Assembly (NCBI GenBank): GCA_035530195.1
Contig: DATKVG010000160.1
Coordinates: 9,830-73,829 of the forward strand
Direction of reading: 5' to 3'
Source: Candidatus Bathyarchaeia archaeon
GTDB lineage: Bacteria > Hydrogenedentota > Hydrogenedentia > Hydrogenedentales > SLHB01
DNA: 64,000 nucleotides
Below, in pieces: positions 1 to 8,597 of the stretch. Within the stretch, counting starts at the first letter, position 1, and every line of letters starts with the position of its first letter. Below the pieces are notes generated by a model, which did no database searches, was not told the DNA's origin, and was given only the letters and a program-made list of their open reading frames with translations. Position numbers and translations under genes: made by a program.

Positions 1-240
1 GACGGCGCAAGACAGGGCTTTGGTGGCCGCAACACGCGCGTGCGGGATGGCCAACCCCCGGCCGATCCCCGTGCTTTCCGTGACTTCCCTCGCCACGACC
101 TGGTCGAGCGCGGGCCCGACGTCCTTCATTTTCTTTTTTTCGAACAGCAGGTGTGTCAATTCTTTTATAGCATCGGATTTGTTGGCCACGACAAGATGAG
201 GTATAATGCAGGACTTAGATATATATCTCGTTAATACCAT
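1..240 (-). CDS. PTS EIIA (PtsN / fructose-type EIIA) domain protein. Only the N-terminal 80 codons are present; the 3' part runs off the window.
   Basis: This ORF is not in the ORF track because it has no stop in the window. My translation from ATG 240-238 is MVLTRYISKSCIIPHLVVANKSDAIKELTHLLFEKKKMKDVGPALDQVVAREVTESTGIGRGLAIPHARVAATKALSCAV. STGIGxGxAIPHAR is the EIIA phospho-His motif. An AAGGAAG Shine-Dalgarno sequence (SD; plus strand 249-255) lies 8 nt upstream. Confidence 0.6.
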   Translation of the reverse strand, partial: MVLTRYISKSCIIPHLVVANKSDAIKELTHLLFEKKKMKDVGPALDQVVAREVTESTGIGRGLAIPHARVAATKALSCAV

Positions 241-359
241 AGAACTTACTTCCTTGGTTAACATATGGCTGCCCCACTTTGCCCCGACTTCTAAAAAGAA
301 AGCCCGGTCAACAAGTCGGCATATCAAGCCAATTGTATCACGCCATCCCGGCAACCGCA

Positions 360-391
360 ATAAGCGCGCCTCGACATAAGCGCGCCTCGAC
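360..391. repeat. Perfect 16-bp tandem duplication, ATAAGCGCGCCTCGAC x2
   Basis: Read directly: 360-375 and 376-391 are identical. The repeat lies in the divergent intergenic region between the EIIA-like and ROK-like genes. Confidence 0.9.
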
Positions 392-438
392 CGCCAGTGC
401 TCCTCGCTTTCACTCGATTTCGGCGGGCGGCGCGAATA

Positions 439-447
439 TGCTATAGT
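439..447 (+). promoter_or_regulatory. Candidate extended -10 element TGCTATAGT upstream of the ROK-like gene
   Basis: TG-n-TATAGT lies 40 nt before ATG 487. The identical 9-mer recurs at 27549-27557 upstream of another gene. The -35 is weak. Confidence 0.3.
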
Positions 448-486
448 TCGCGCAAAATCAGTGCATTGCTGAGGAGAAGTTGAAAG

Positions 487-1887
487 ATGCTGGGTGGGTT
501 TGTGTTGATAGAGCCCGATTTTGTGCCGCCGTTGGACCCGGGGTTCCGGCCCGCGGTGTTGGCCAACCATGTTTTCTTGAACCAGGTGAAACGTTCGGCG
601 GCGGGTGTGCCGCTGGTGCTTGGGCTGGAACGGGCGGACGGATCGGTGTCGCGGTTTGAAACCGAGGTTTTCCCTGAAGATCATCCGCGGGCAAAGGCGG
701 ATTTGCGGTATGTCGAGCGGCTGGTGAAGTTCCTGCTGTGGCAGCGGGGCGGGTGGAAAGTCTACGTGGGCGGGCCGGGCTTTATCGGCAGGCACATCGC
801 CGAAACGTATGCGCCGTCGGGGGAGCGGGCGTTTGACTACCAGTTTATGGGCGCGGACGTTTATGAGAAGCCGTTTACGGTGGCAACTTGCGCCGCGGAC
901 GACGTGCCGACCGAGAAGGAAACCACGCAGCGGCTGGGCAGGCACCTCGACGGGTGCCGGATCGGATTCGATCTCGGCGCGTCGGACAGAAAGGTGTCAG
1001 CCGTAGTCGATGGCGAGGCGGTTTTCAGTGAGGAAGTGGTCTGGGAACCGCGAAAACAAACCGATCCCTCGTATCATTACAACGAAATCATGGCAGGGCT
1101 GCGCATGGCGGCCTCGAAAATGCCGCGGGTCGACGCGATCGGCGGGAGCAGCGCGGGCGTGTACATCAACAACCAGGTGAAAGTGGCGTCGCTGTTCCGC
1201 GGCGTGCCCAAAGAACGGTTTGACGAGATCAAGAACCTGTTTTTGCGGATCCGCGACGAGCTGAAGGTCCCGTTCGATGTGGTGAACGACGGTGAAGTGA
1301 CGGCGTTGGCGGGCTCGATGTCGCTCGAGGACAATGGGGTGCTGGGGATAGCGCTGGGCTCGAGCGAGGCGGGCGGGTACGTTACGATGGATGGCAACAT
1401 CACGGGCTGGCTGAACGAACTGGCATTTGCGCCGATCGATTACAGCACCGAGGCGCCGGTGGACGAGTGGTCGGGCGATCGGGGCGTAGGCGCGTTGTAC
1501 TTTTCGCAGCAGTGCGTGTTTCGGCTTGCGCCGCGCGCCGGCATCGACATACCCGAAGACATCGCCGACGCGGAAAAACTCGAGATGGTGCAGGACCGGC
1601 TCGAGGCGGGCGACGACGGGGCGCGAAAGATCTGGCAGAGCATCGGCTATTACATGGGCTACGGCATCGCCCATTACGCGGACTTCTACAAACTGCGGCA
1701 CGTGTTGATCCTGGGCAGGTGCACGTCGGGGTCGGGCGGCCAGATCATTTTGGACGGCGCCAATGAAGTGCTGCGTGGAAATTTTGTGGGGTTGGCGGAC
1801 GATATCCAGATCCAACTGCCCGATGAGAAGAGCCGGCGTGTCGGCCAATCGATTGCGGCGGCCAGCTTGCCGGCCCTGAACAAGTAG
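487..1887 (+). CDS. ROK/ASKHA-fold sugar kinase-like protein with a ~150-aa N-terminal extension
   Basis: ATG 487 follows a GAGGAG SD. Motifs present are GFDLGASDRKV (phosphate-1-like), VVNDGEVTALAG and GIALGSSEAGG. I saw no CxCGxxGC zinc motif. Confidence 0.6.
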   Translation: MLGGFVLIEPDFVPPLDPGFRPAVLANHVFLNQVKRSAAGVPLVLGLERADGSVSRFETEVFPEDHPRAKADLRYVERLVKFLLWQRGGWKVYVGGPGFIGRHIAETYAPSGERAFDYQFMGADVYEKPFTVATCAADDVPTEKETTQRLGRHLDGCRIGFDLGASDRKVSAVVDGEAVFSEEVVWEPRKQTDPSYHYNEIMAGLRMAASKMPRVDAIGGSSAGVYINNQVKVASLFRGVPKERFDEIKNLFLRIRDELKVPFDVVNDGEVTALAGSMSLEDNGVLGIALGSSEAGGYVTMDGNITGWLNELAFAPIDYSTEAPVDEWSGDRGVGALYFSQQCVFRLAPRAGIDIPEDIADAEKLEMVQDRLEAGDDGARKIWQSIGYYMGYGIAHYADFYKLRHVLILGRCTSGSGGQIILDGANEVLRGNFVGLADDIQIQLPDEKSRRVGQSIAAASLPALNK

Positions 1888-1921
1888 CAGCGACAGCGCA
1901 TATCACGCGGAGGATGCGGCA

Positions 1922-2770
1922 ATGAAATTTCGGCTGGATTCGGCAGAGCTTTTTGTGCCCGATGGGGCGCCGATGCCGGGTGCGCTCGAGCGGACGACGC
2001 ACATGGCGGTCGGGGCGCATCAGGACGACCTCGAGATCATGGCGGCCGCGGCCATCCTTGAGTGCTTTCAACAGGATGACAAGTGGTTTGCGGGCGTCGT
2101 GGTCACCAACGGCAGCGGCTGCCCGCGCGACAACCTCTACAAGGATTACACCGACGACCAGATGCGCGTGGTCCGGCGCAAGGAACAGAAAAAGGCCGCG
2201 GTGGTCGGCGAGTATTCGGCGCTGGCGCTGCTCGACTATCCCAGCGGGTCGGTCAGGAATCCCGCCGACAAGGGGCCGGTCGAAGATCTGGTTCAACTGC
2301 TGAGGGCGGCGCGGCCGGAGGTTGTTTACACCCACAATCTCGCCGACAAGCACGACACCCACGTTGGTGTGGCCATCAAGCTGATCGAGGCGGTGCGCAG
2401 AATCCCGGCAGGCGAACGGCCGCGCAAGGTGTACGGGTGTGAGGTGTGGCGGGACCTGGATTGGATGACGGACGCAGATAAAGTCGCGTTTAACGTTTCG
2501 GGCCACGAGAACCTTGAGGCGGCGCTGCTGGGCGTGTTCGACTCGCAGATCGCCGGGGGTAAGCGGTACGACTTGGCCACGATGGGCCGGCGCAAGGCCA
2601 ACGCGACATATTTCACGGCCTACGGCACGGATGAAACCACGGGGCTTAGTCTCGCGATGGACCTGACGCCGCTGGTGGAAGATCCTTCACTGGACATCGC
2701 GCAGTTCGTGTTGGAGTTCATCGAGCGGTTCAGGGGCGAAGTGGCCGGCAGGATCAAGAAGTTGATGTAG
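1922..2770 (+). CDS. PIG-L/LmbE family deacetylase
   Basis: The sequence has VGAHQDDLEI (AHPDDE-like) and a KHDTH metal motif. The size (282 aa) is typical. Confidence 0.75.
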   Translation: MKFRLDSAELFVPDGAPMPGALERTTHMAVGAHQDDLEIMAAAAILECFQQDDKWFAGVVVTNGSGCPRDNLYKDYTDDQMRVVRRKEQKKAAVVGEYSALALLDYPSGSVRNPADKGPVEDLVQLLRAARPEVVYTHNLADKHDTHVGVAIKLIEAVRRIPAGERPRKVYGCEVWRDLDWMTDADKVAFNVSGHENLEAALLGVFDSQIAGGKRYDLATMGRRKANATYFTAYGTDETTGLSLAMDLTPLVEDPSLDIAQFVLEFIERFRGEVAGRIKKLM

Positions 2771-2815
2771 GATCGGACAGATCCGACGGATCCGACGGAT
2801 CGGACGGATAGGACC
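2771..2815. repeat. Five tandem 9-bp units GATCSGACR that fill the whole intergenic gap
   Basis: The units are gatcggaca / gatccgacg / gatccgacg / gatcggacg / gataggacc. GATC recurs at 2771, 2780, 2789 and 2798. Confidence 0.9.
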
Positions 2816-2817
2816 TT

Positions 2818-3732
2818 TTGGACGCCATAGGACGAACAGGGCACTTACTAAGCGCGTTAGCGACTATTGCGCTGGTTGCCGTTGTGCCGGCAGGATGTGG
2901 CAACCCTGTTGCGCCCGCGAAGCCCCACGGCATCATAACGCTGGCGCCGCACCTGACTGAAACCGTCTTTGCCCTCGGCCAGGGCAGCCGCGTGATCGCC
3001 GTCGGCTCGTATGACGACTATCCGCCTGAGGTGGCCGCGCTGCCCAAGGCGGGGGGGTACGTCGACCCGGACCTCGAGAAAATCAGCTTGCTCAATCCGG
3101 AACTGTTGATCGTGCAGGGGCGCCACCCGAAAATCACGGAGTACGCCAAGCTCAAAGGGGTGCCGCTGCTCAGCGTCAATATGGACAGCCTGGACGGCAT
3201 CGACAAAGGCATCGGCGAGATCGGCCGGGCGCTGGGTTGCGAGCAGGAAGCGGAAGAGTTGTGGGGGCGCATTTGCGACGAACTCGACCAGGTGCGCGCG
3301 TCCGTGGCAGGCCTGCCGCGGCCGAAGGTGCTCATTATCACGATGCGCCATGACCACACGCTCAACACGATTTACACGGCGCACGGCGGGTCGTTCGTAT
3401 CGGAGTTGGTCGGCGTGGCCGGGGGAGACAACATCTACGCGGATGCGCCTACCACCTATCCCGAAGCGTCCAAGGAAACGGTCGTGTTGAAAGCGCCCGA
3501 GGTTATCCTCGAGTTTCATGCGGGCGAGAAAATAGACGTCCGGGAGCGGCAGTGGTTCATCGAGGATTGGCGGCAGTTGCCGTCGCTGCCGGCAGTTCAA
3601 AACGGGCGCGTGTACGTGATCACGGAGCCGCACGCGGTACGGCCGGGGCCGCGGATCGGCGAAATAGCCCGGCTGCTCGCGGGCCTGCTGCATCCGGACG
3701 CGGCGCGCAACGCTGAGGCGCCCACGTCATGA
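2818..3732 (+). CDS. ABC transporter substrate-binding lipoprotein, class III (Fe-siderophore/cobalamin, BtuF/FecB-like)
   Basis: The start is TTG, and there is no in-frame ATG near the N-terminus. It has a lipobox-like VPAGC. The pattern ITLAPHLTETVFALG..VIAVGSYDDYP..LNPELLIV is typical of the class. It is followed by a matching ATPase and permease. Confidence 0.75.
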   Translation: MDAIGRTGHLLSALATIALVAVVPAGCGNPVAPAKPHGIITLAPHLTETVFALGQGSRVIAVGSYDDYPPEVAALPKAGGYVDPDLEKISLLNPELLIVQGRHPKITEYAKLKGVPLLSVNMDSLDGIDKGIGEIGRALGCEQEAEELWGRICDELDQVRASVAGLPRPKVLIITMRHDHTLNTIYTAHGGSFVSELVGVAGGDNIYADAPTTYPEASKETVVLKAPEVILEFHAGEKIDVRERQWFIEDWRQLPSLPAVQNGRVYVITEPHAVRPGPRIGEIARLLAGLLHPDAARNAEAPTS

Positions 3733-4607
3733 TGGCCAATCTTAAAGCGGAGTCGGTAAGTTTTGCTTACGAACCCGGCCGGCCCGTGTTCAAGGCCGTT
3801 GACGCGTCGGTGGCGGGCGGCGAAACCGTCGGTCTCGTCGGGCCGAACGGGTCGGGGAAAAGCACGCTGCTTCGCGTGATGTGCGGCCTGCTGCGCCCGC
3901 GGCGCGGCGCCGTGTTGCTGAACGGCAAGCCGCTTTCGGCCTACGGCGGGAGGGATCGGGCGCGGCGTGTGGCGTTTTTGCCGCAGGCGGTGAACCCGGC
4001 GTTTGCGCTAAGCGTGTTCGAGGTCGTCTGCCTGGGAAGGTACCCGCACATGGGCGCGTTCGGCGCGTTCGGCCCGCGCGATAAAGAAGCCGCGGAACGG
4101 TGCATGCGCGACACCGAGGTCGAATACCTGCGGGCGCGCGGTTTCCTCACGTTGTCGGGCGGCGAACGACAGCGCGTGCTGCTGGCCAGCATCCTGGCGC
4201 AGGAGCCGGATATTCTGTTGCTCGACGAGCCGACTTCCGCCCTCGATATCCACCACCAGATCGAAATCTTCTCGCTGCTCGACCGGCTCGCGCACAATCG
4301 GCCCGCCGGGTACGGCATCCTGGTTGTCACGCATGACCTCAATCTGGCGGCGCGGTTCTGCGACCGCATCCTCTTGCTTGGACTTGATCAGTTGATGCTG
4401 GCGGAAGGCCCGCACGACGCCGTGCTTACAGAACCGCTGCTTTCCCACGCATACGGCGCACCCATCAGGGTTTCGCGCCATCCGGAGACGGGCGCCCCAC
4501 TGGTTTGGGCGGAAGCGCCGCGGGAAAGGGGGAACACACCAAACAACGATGAAAAAAGGGACACCCCCAAACTGCCGGGGGCGTCCCGACAGGGAGGCGC
4601 GCCATGA
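3729..4607 (+). CDS. ABC transporter ATP-binding protein (FecE/BtuD-like)
   Basis: Walker A is GPNGSGKST, the signature is LSGGERQR and Walker B is LLLDEPTSALD. There is an ATGA start/stop overlap with the upstream gene. Confidence 0.9.
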   Translation: MMANLKAESVSFAYEPGRPVFKAVDASVAGGETVGLVGPNGSGKSTLLRVMCGLLRPRRGAVLLNGKPLSAYGGRDRARRVAFLPQAVNPAFALSVFEVVCLGRYPHMGAFGAFGPRDKEAAERCMRDTEVEYLRARGFLTLSGGERQRVLLASILAQEPDILLLDEPTSALDIHHQIEIFSLLDRLAHNRPAGYGILVVTHDLNLAARFCDRILLLGLDQLMLAEGPHDAVLTEPLLSHAYGAPIRVSRHPETGAPLVWAEAPRERGNTPNNDEKRDTPKLPGASRQGGAP

Positions 4608-5632
4608 GAAGGGCGCGCAATATGGCCGCAGCGGGCTTGATCGTTGCCAGCATCGGGCTGGTCGTGCTGAGCTTGCTGGTGGGCACGGAGCGGGTCGACC
4701 TTGGCCAGGCGTGGCGCGAATGGCGGGACGGGCTGCCGCCGTCGCAGGCGCCGATGCTGGGCATCCTCGTGGACCAGCGCCTGCCCAGAACGCTGGCCGC
4801 GCTGATCGTGGGCTGCGGCCTGGCGCTGGCGGGCGCGGCGTTCCAGGCGATGCTGCGCAACCCGCTCGCGGAACCGTACACGCTCGGCGTGGCCAGTTTC
4901 GGCGCGCTGGGCGCATGGACCGCCACGATCCTGATTGGCGCGTACGGATTCCCGGCCTACCTGCTTGGCCTGCCGACAATCCAGTTGCTGGCGTTCGTGT
5001 TTGCGGAACTGGACATCATTATCGTGTACCTGCTGGCGGCTCACCGCGACCGGATCTCGCCATCGGTTCTATTACTGGGCGGCATAACCATGGGGATGCT
5101 GGCGAACGGGGGCATCCTGTTCATGCGCTACCTCGCCGACCCCAACCGGGTCGTGATGATGGACCGATGGCTGATGGGCGGGGTGGACGTGCTGGGCTAC
5201 CGGCCGGTGCTTACGCTGCTGGTGGGCGTGGCGCCGTGCGCCGTGGTCCTGCTTGCGCAAGCCCCGAAGTTCGATCAGCTCGGGTTCGGGCCGGAACTTG
5301 CGGCGGGCCGTGGCGTCAACGTGAGGCTGCTGCAGGTGACGACGTTCGTCGTTGGCTCGCTGATGACGGCGGTGGCGGTTTCCGTGGTGGGTACAATCGC
5401 ATTTGTGGGCCTGATAGTCCCGCACATTGTCCGCAGCATCACGGGATCGCGCCACCGGCTTCTGATGCCGGTCAGCGCGGTTGCGGGCGGGGGTTTTCTC
5501 TGTTTTTGTGATATCATAGCCCGCAAGATATTACCCGGCGAGACTCCGATCGGAATCGTGACGACGCTGCTGGGCGCCCCATTTTTCCTCTACCTGCTGC
5601 TGCGCAGGCGATTCACCGACTGGGATGCCTGA
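4604..5632 (+). CDS. FecCD/BtuC family ABC permease
   Basis: Multi-TM protein with LALAGAAFQAMLRNPLAEPYTLGV and a GAPFFLYLL C-terminus. Its start overlaps the stop of the ATPase gene. Confidence 0.85.
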   Translation: MRRARNMAAAGLIVASIGLVVLSLLVGTERVDLGQAWREWRDGLPPSQAPMLGILVDQRLPRTLAALIVGCGLALAGAAFQAMLRNPLAEPYTLGVASFGALGAWTATILIGAYGFPAYLLGLPTIQLLAFVFAELDIIIVYLLAAHRDRISPSVLLLGGITMGMLANGGILFMRYLADPNRVVMMDRWLMGGVDVLGYRPVLTLLVGVAPCAVVLLAQAPKFDQLGFGPELAAGRGVNVRLLQVTTFVVGSLMTAVAVSVVGTIAFVGLIVPHIVRSITGSRHRLLMPVSAVAGGGFLCFCDIIARKILPGETPIGIVTTLLGAPFFLYLLLRRRFTDWDA

Positions 5633-5661
5633 CTTAGGGCGGCGGAGCCGCAACCGAATCG

Positions 5662-5692
5662 GGTTTGGGGTATCGGGTATGGGGTTTGGGGT
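5662..5692 (+). other. G-quadruplex-type G-tract run (GGG/GGGG x5 with 3-4 nt loops)
   Basis: The sequence reads GGGtttGGGGtatcGGGtatGGGGtttGGGG on the coding strand. It lies between the permease stop and the next gene. Confidence 0.6.
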
Positions 5693-5877
5693 TAAGGATA
5701 AAGGATGAAGGATGAAAAACAACTGCGGAGACGCTGAGAACGCAGAGAGACAGGCATGACTTGCTTGTCCCCAATGGTCCCCATTGTCTCATGCAATTTT
5801 TTCGAAAAATACAGGGTGTTGGCGGATAGTAGTACCGAAGCCGGCCTTTTTGTTCGGCCGTGAGAAGGGAGTAAAAG

Positions 5878-7131
5878 ATGCACAAGCGGTTCATGTTCAG
5901 CCTCCTCACATCCATTCTGGCGATTTTGCTGGCCACCGCCGCGATAGCCGCCGAGGCCCCCACATTATTGGTCGGAGCCTCGTCCGCTCCGGTTAATCCG
6001 CCGGCTGGGACTTTTCTTGCCGGTTACGATCTGAACAGGGCTTCGACGGGCGTCCACGACGATTTGTCTGCGAAAGCGGTTGTGTTCAGCGACGGGACGA
6101 CTTCGGTGGCGCTCGTGGTTATTGACAGCGTGAGCATCCAGTACAACACCGCGTGCGAGATTCGGGCGGCGGCGGCGCAGCTTCTCAAGACGCCTTCGCT
6201 ACCCCCGCGGCAGATCGTCGTTCAGTCCACGCACACCCACGCCGCCCCCGATACCATCGGCATATACGGGCCTAACGAGACGACGTGCGGGCGCAACCCC
6301 GAGTACATGAAACGGCTTGTCGAGACGGCCGCGCAGCAGGTGGCCAAAGCGGTCGATATTATGAAGCCGGCCAGCGCCGCGTTCAGCCGGTCGCAGTGCG
6401 CCGGGTGGGCCGTCAACGACAGCGAGCCCGCCAACGTCGACAACTCCGTCACGGTCATGCAGTTCCTCGACAAGGACGGCAAGTCCATCGCCACGCTCAC
6501 GAATTTCGCATGCCACCCGACTGTCCTCGACGGCGACAATACGCTCACGAGCGCCGACTGGGTGGCGTCGTTTTACAAATCGATGTCGGCGAAGCTGCCG
6601 GGCGAGCACCTGTTTTTGCAGGGGGCAATCGGCTGCTGGATGCAGCCGAACACGCCCGAGCGCACGTTCGACTTGGCAAAGAAGTACGGCGAAGACCTCG
6701 CAGCAAAGACGCTCGCGGCGCTCGAGCAGGAGACGTTCCTGACCGACACCCGCGTCCGGTTTGCGAGCCGCGTGTTCAACATGCCGATCGCAAACGACAA
6801 CTTCAAGGGAATGAGCCAGGCGGGGCTGGTACCGCGGAGTTTCGCCGATTCGGTTGAAACGGAAGCGGCCTGGTTTGCCATAGGCCCGGCGCAATTCGCC
6901 ACGCACCTCGGCGAGACCGCGCCGGTTTTCGCCGCCCAGACGCGCGGACTCATGGACACCGAACCGAAGTTTATCCTCGGCCTCGGCCTCGACCATCTCG
7001 GCTACATCTGCCCGCCGGACTACTTCGTCAACACCGACAAATACCCCCACGCCAAGTATCTGGTCAGCATGTCGCCCTGCCCACAGGCCGGGCCTGTGAT
7101 GATGGAAGCGCTGAAATCGATCATCCCATAA
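5878..7131 (+). CDS. Secreted neutral/alkaline-ceramidase-N-terminal-domain-like hydrolase (function uncertain)
   Basis: GGGAG SD and a signal peptide. The patterns LLVGASSAPVNPPAGTFLAGY..STGVHDDLSAKAVVF and STHTHAAPD resemble the ceramidase N-terminal domain family. Confidence 0.45.
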   Translation: MHKRFMFSLLTSILAILLATAAIAAEAPTLLVGASSAPVNPPAGTFLAGYDLNRASTGVHDDLSAKAVVFSDGTTSVALVVIDSVSIQYNTACEIRAAAAQLLKTPSLPPRQIVVQSTHTHAAPDTIGIYGPNETTCGRNPEYMKRLVETAAQQVAKAVDIMKPASAAFSRSQCAGWAVNDSEPANVDNSVTVMQFLDKDGKSIATLTNFACHPTVLDGDNTLTSADWVASFYKSMSAKLPGEHLFLQGAIGCWMQPNTPERTFDLAKKYGEDLAAKTLAALEQETFLTDTRVRFASRVFNMPIANDNFKGMSQAGLVPRSFADSVETEAAWFAIGPAQFATHLGETAPVFAAQTRGLMDTEPKFILGLGLDHLGYICPPDYFVNTDKYPHAKYLVSMSPCPQAGPVMMEALKSIIP

Positions 7132-7269
7132 GCGAAGTCGGCCCTTGTATGATACTTCCCGGACCTGAGAGACACAAGAGAGTCGTCGTAGTAGCCGGTT
7201 TTCTTTTTGGTTCTTTTTCTTTTGTGGATAGCGGTGGATAAGTGGATAAGCCGGCGTCGGCCGGCTCCG

Positions 7270-7471
7270 AGATAGTCCTCTCGCATGGCCGTGTGAGAGG
7301 ATAGGGCCGGAGGCGGAGAAGCAAGTCGGCCTGGGACCTAGAAGCCCGTGCGGTAGGTTGTTCCCGCCTCCGGTCCGACGTGGTCCACCCAAAGACCGGA
7401 CACTATCGTGGGACGTGCCCCGAATGTACAAGGATGGTCAGGTGGCCACAAAACTCGAGGGAGATTTTATC
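7270..7471 (+). ncRNA. Candidate IS110 bridge-RNA-like structured 5' non-coding region
   Basis: Perfect stems seen are TCCTCTC 7276-7282 / GAGAGGA 7295-7301, CCGGAGGCGG 7307-7316 / CCGCCTCCGG 7364-7373 and CCGGTC 7370-7375 / GACCGG 7394-7399. The position upstream of the recombinase matches IS110-group elements. Confidence 0.3.
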
Positions 7472-8524
7472 ATGAATGAGCAGCAATTGTATTGGGTGGG
7501 CATGGACGTCTCTGAGGCGCGTTTTGATGTGGCTTTGGCCAGCCCCGGACAGCATGCCAACCCGGAAACCATCCGGCGGCTTCCCGTCGGGACTTTCGTG
7601 CGCGATCCGCAAGGCGTGAAGGCGTTTGTGCAGTGGCTGCGCAAGCTTTTGCCGGGCTCCAAACCGCTGCCGATCCGCGGGGTGATGGAGGCCACGGGAA
7701 TCTATTCGATTCAACTGGCGGCCATGCTGAATAAACAGTATCCGGAACTTTGCCCGTCTATTGCCAACCCCCAGCAGACCTCGGCGTTTCGCGACAGCCT
7801 GGGCCTGCGCAACAAAACGGACCGTCTGGACGCGCGGGCACTTGCGTTTTACGGCTTGAGCCACCAGCCGGACCCCTACGTACCCCTTTCGCCGGCCCAG
7901 GCGGAACTGCGCTCATTGAGCCGCTGCCGCGATGCCCTTGATGAACAGCGCGTGGCGCATGAAAACCAGCTGGAGCAGAAACCGGACTCGGCGCTTAGCC
8001 GCAGGCTCTTAAAGCAACTGGTGGCCAAGCTCAACAGGGACATGCAGAAACTCGAGAAGGAAATGAAACGCGTCATCCAATCCGATGCGGACTTGCATCG
8101 TGATTATGTGCTGATGACGAGCATTCCGGGTGTTGGATTCGTTACGGCCGCCACGACTCTGGCTGAGTTGGGTGACCTGCGCCGCTTTGCCAGTTCGCGT
8201 CAAATTGGCGCCACGGTGGGCGTCACTCCCAGCAAAAACGACTCCGGCAAATCCAGCCCGCCCGCGCACATGTCCAAGAAGGGCAATCCCCGTGTGCGGC
8301 GCATCCTGTACATGGCCGCCCTCTCCGCGAGTAAATATAACCCCCACTTAAGCTTGGTGTACGATCGACTGCTGGCTGGCGGCAAAGAACCCATGGTGGC
8401 CCTGGGGGCACTTATGCGCAAGCTTATCGTGCTCATGCGCGCTATTGTCGTTTCCGGACGAGCCTATGACCCCCTGTGGAAAACTTGTCCCAAAAAGAAA
8501 CCTGTTGCCGCAAAAATCACTTGA
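7472..8524 (+). CDS. IS110 family transposase/recombinase
   Basis: I prefer the ATG at 7472 ([20 protein letters not shown]). DEDD-type N-terminal motifs are GMDVS, MEATG and [11 protein letters not shown]. The C-terminus has [44 protein letters not shown]. Confidence 0.9.
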   Translation: MNEQQLYWVGMDVSEARFDVALASPGQHANPETIRRLPVGTFVRDPQGVKAFVQWLRKLLPGSKPLPIRGVMEATGIYSIQLAAMLNKQYPELCPSIANPQQTSAFRDSLGLRNKTDRLDARALAFYGLSHQPDPYVPLSPAQAELRSLSRCRDALDEQRVAHENQLEQKPDSALSRRLLKQLVAKLNRDMQKLEKEMKRVIQSDADLHRDYVLMTSIPGVGFVTAATTLAELGDLRRFASSRQIGATVGVTPSKNDSGKSSPPAHMSKKGNPRVRRILYMAALSASKYNPHLSLVYDRLLAGGKEPMVALGALMRKLIVLMRAIVVSGRAYDPLWKTCPKKKPVAAKIT

Positions 8525-8597
8525 TTTTCAACACACTATCTACGACGTGTGGGGCGTGATCGTAATTGCTTCCAAGGGCCATTTAACGGGGGGAGGG

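Larger units (their letters stand above)
7270..8560 (+). mobile_element. IS110-family insertion sequence. The boundaries are approximate; no terminal inverted repeats are expected.
   Basis: It contains a DEDD/Transposase_20-type transposase gene preceded by ~200 nt of structured non-coding DNA. It interrupts an otherwise housekeeping/glycan gene array. Confidence 0.6.

Noticed and set aside
40-234. ORF 40..234(+) of 64 aa
   Set aside because: It is antisense to a minus-strand frame that encodes a convincing PTS EIIA N-terminus with the phospho-His motif and its own SD.
2771-2817. Cobalamin or other riboswitch upstream of the BtuF-like ABC importer
   Set aside because: Only 47 nt of intergenic space exists, and it is fully occupied by the 9-bp repeat array. 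That is too short for any known riboswitch aptamer.
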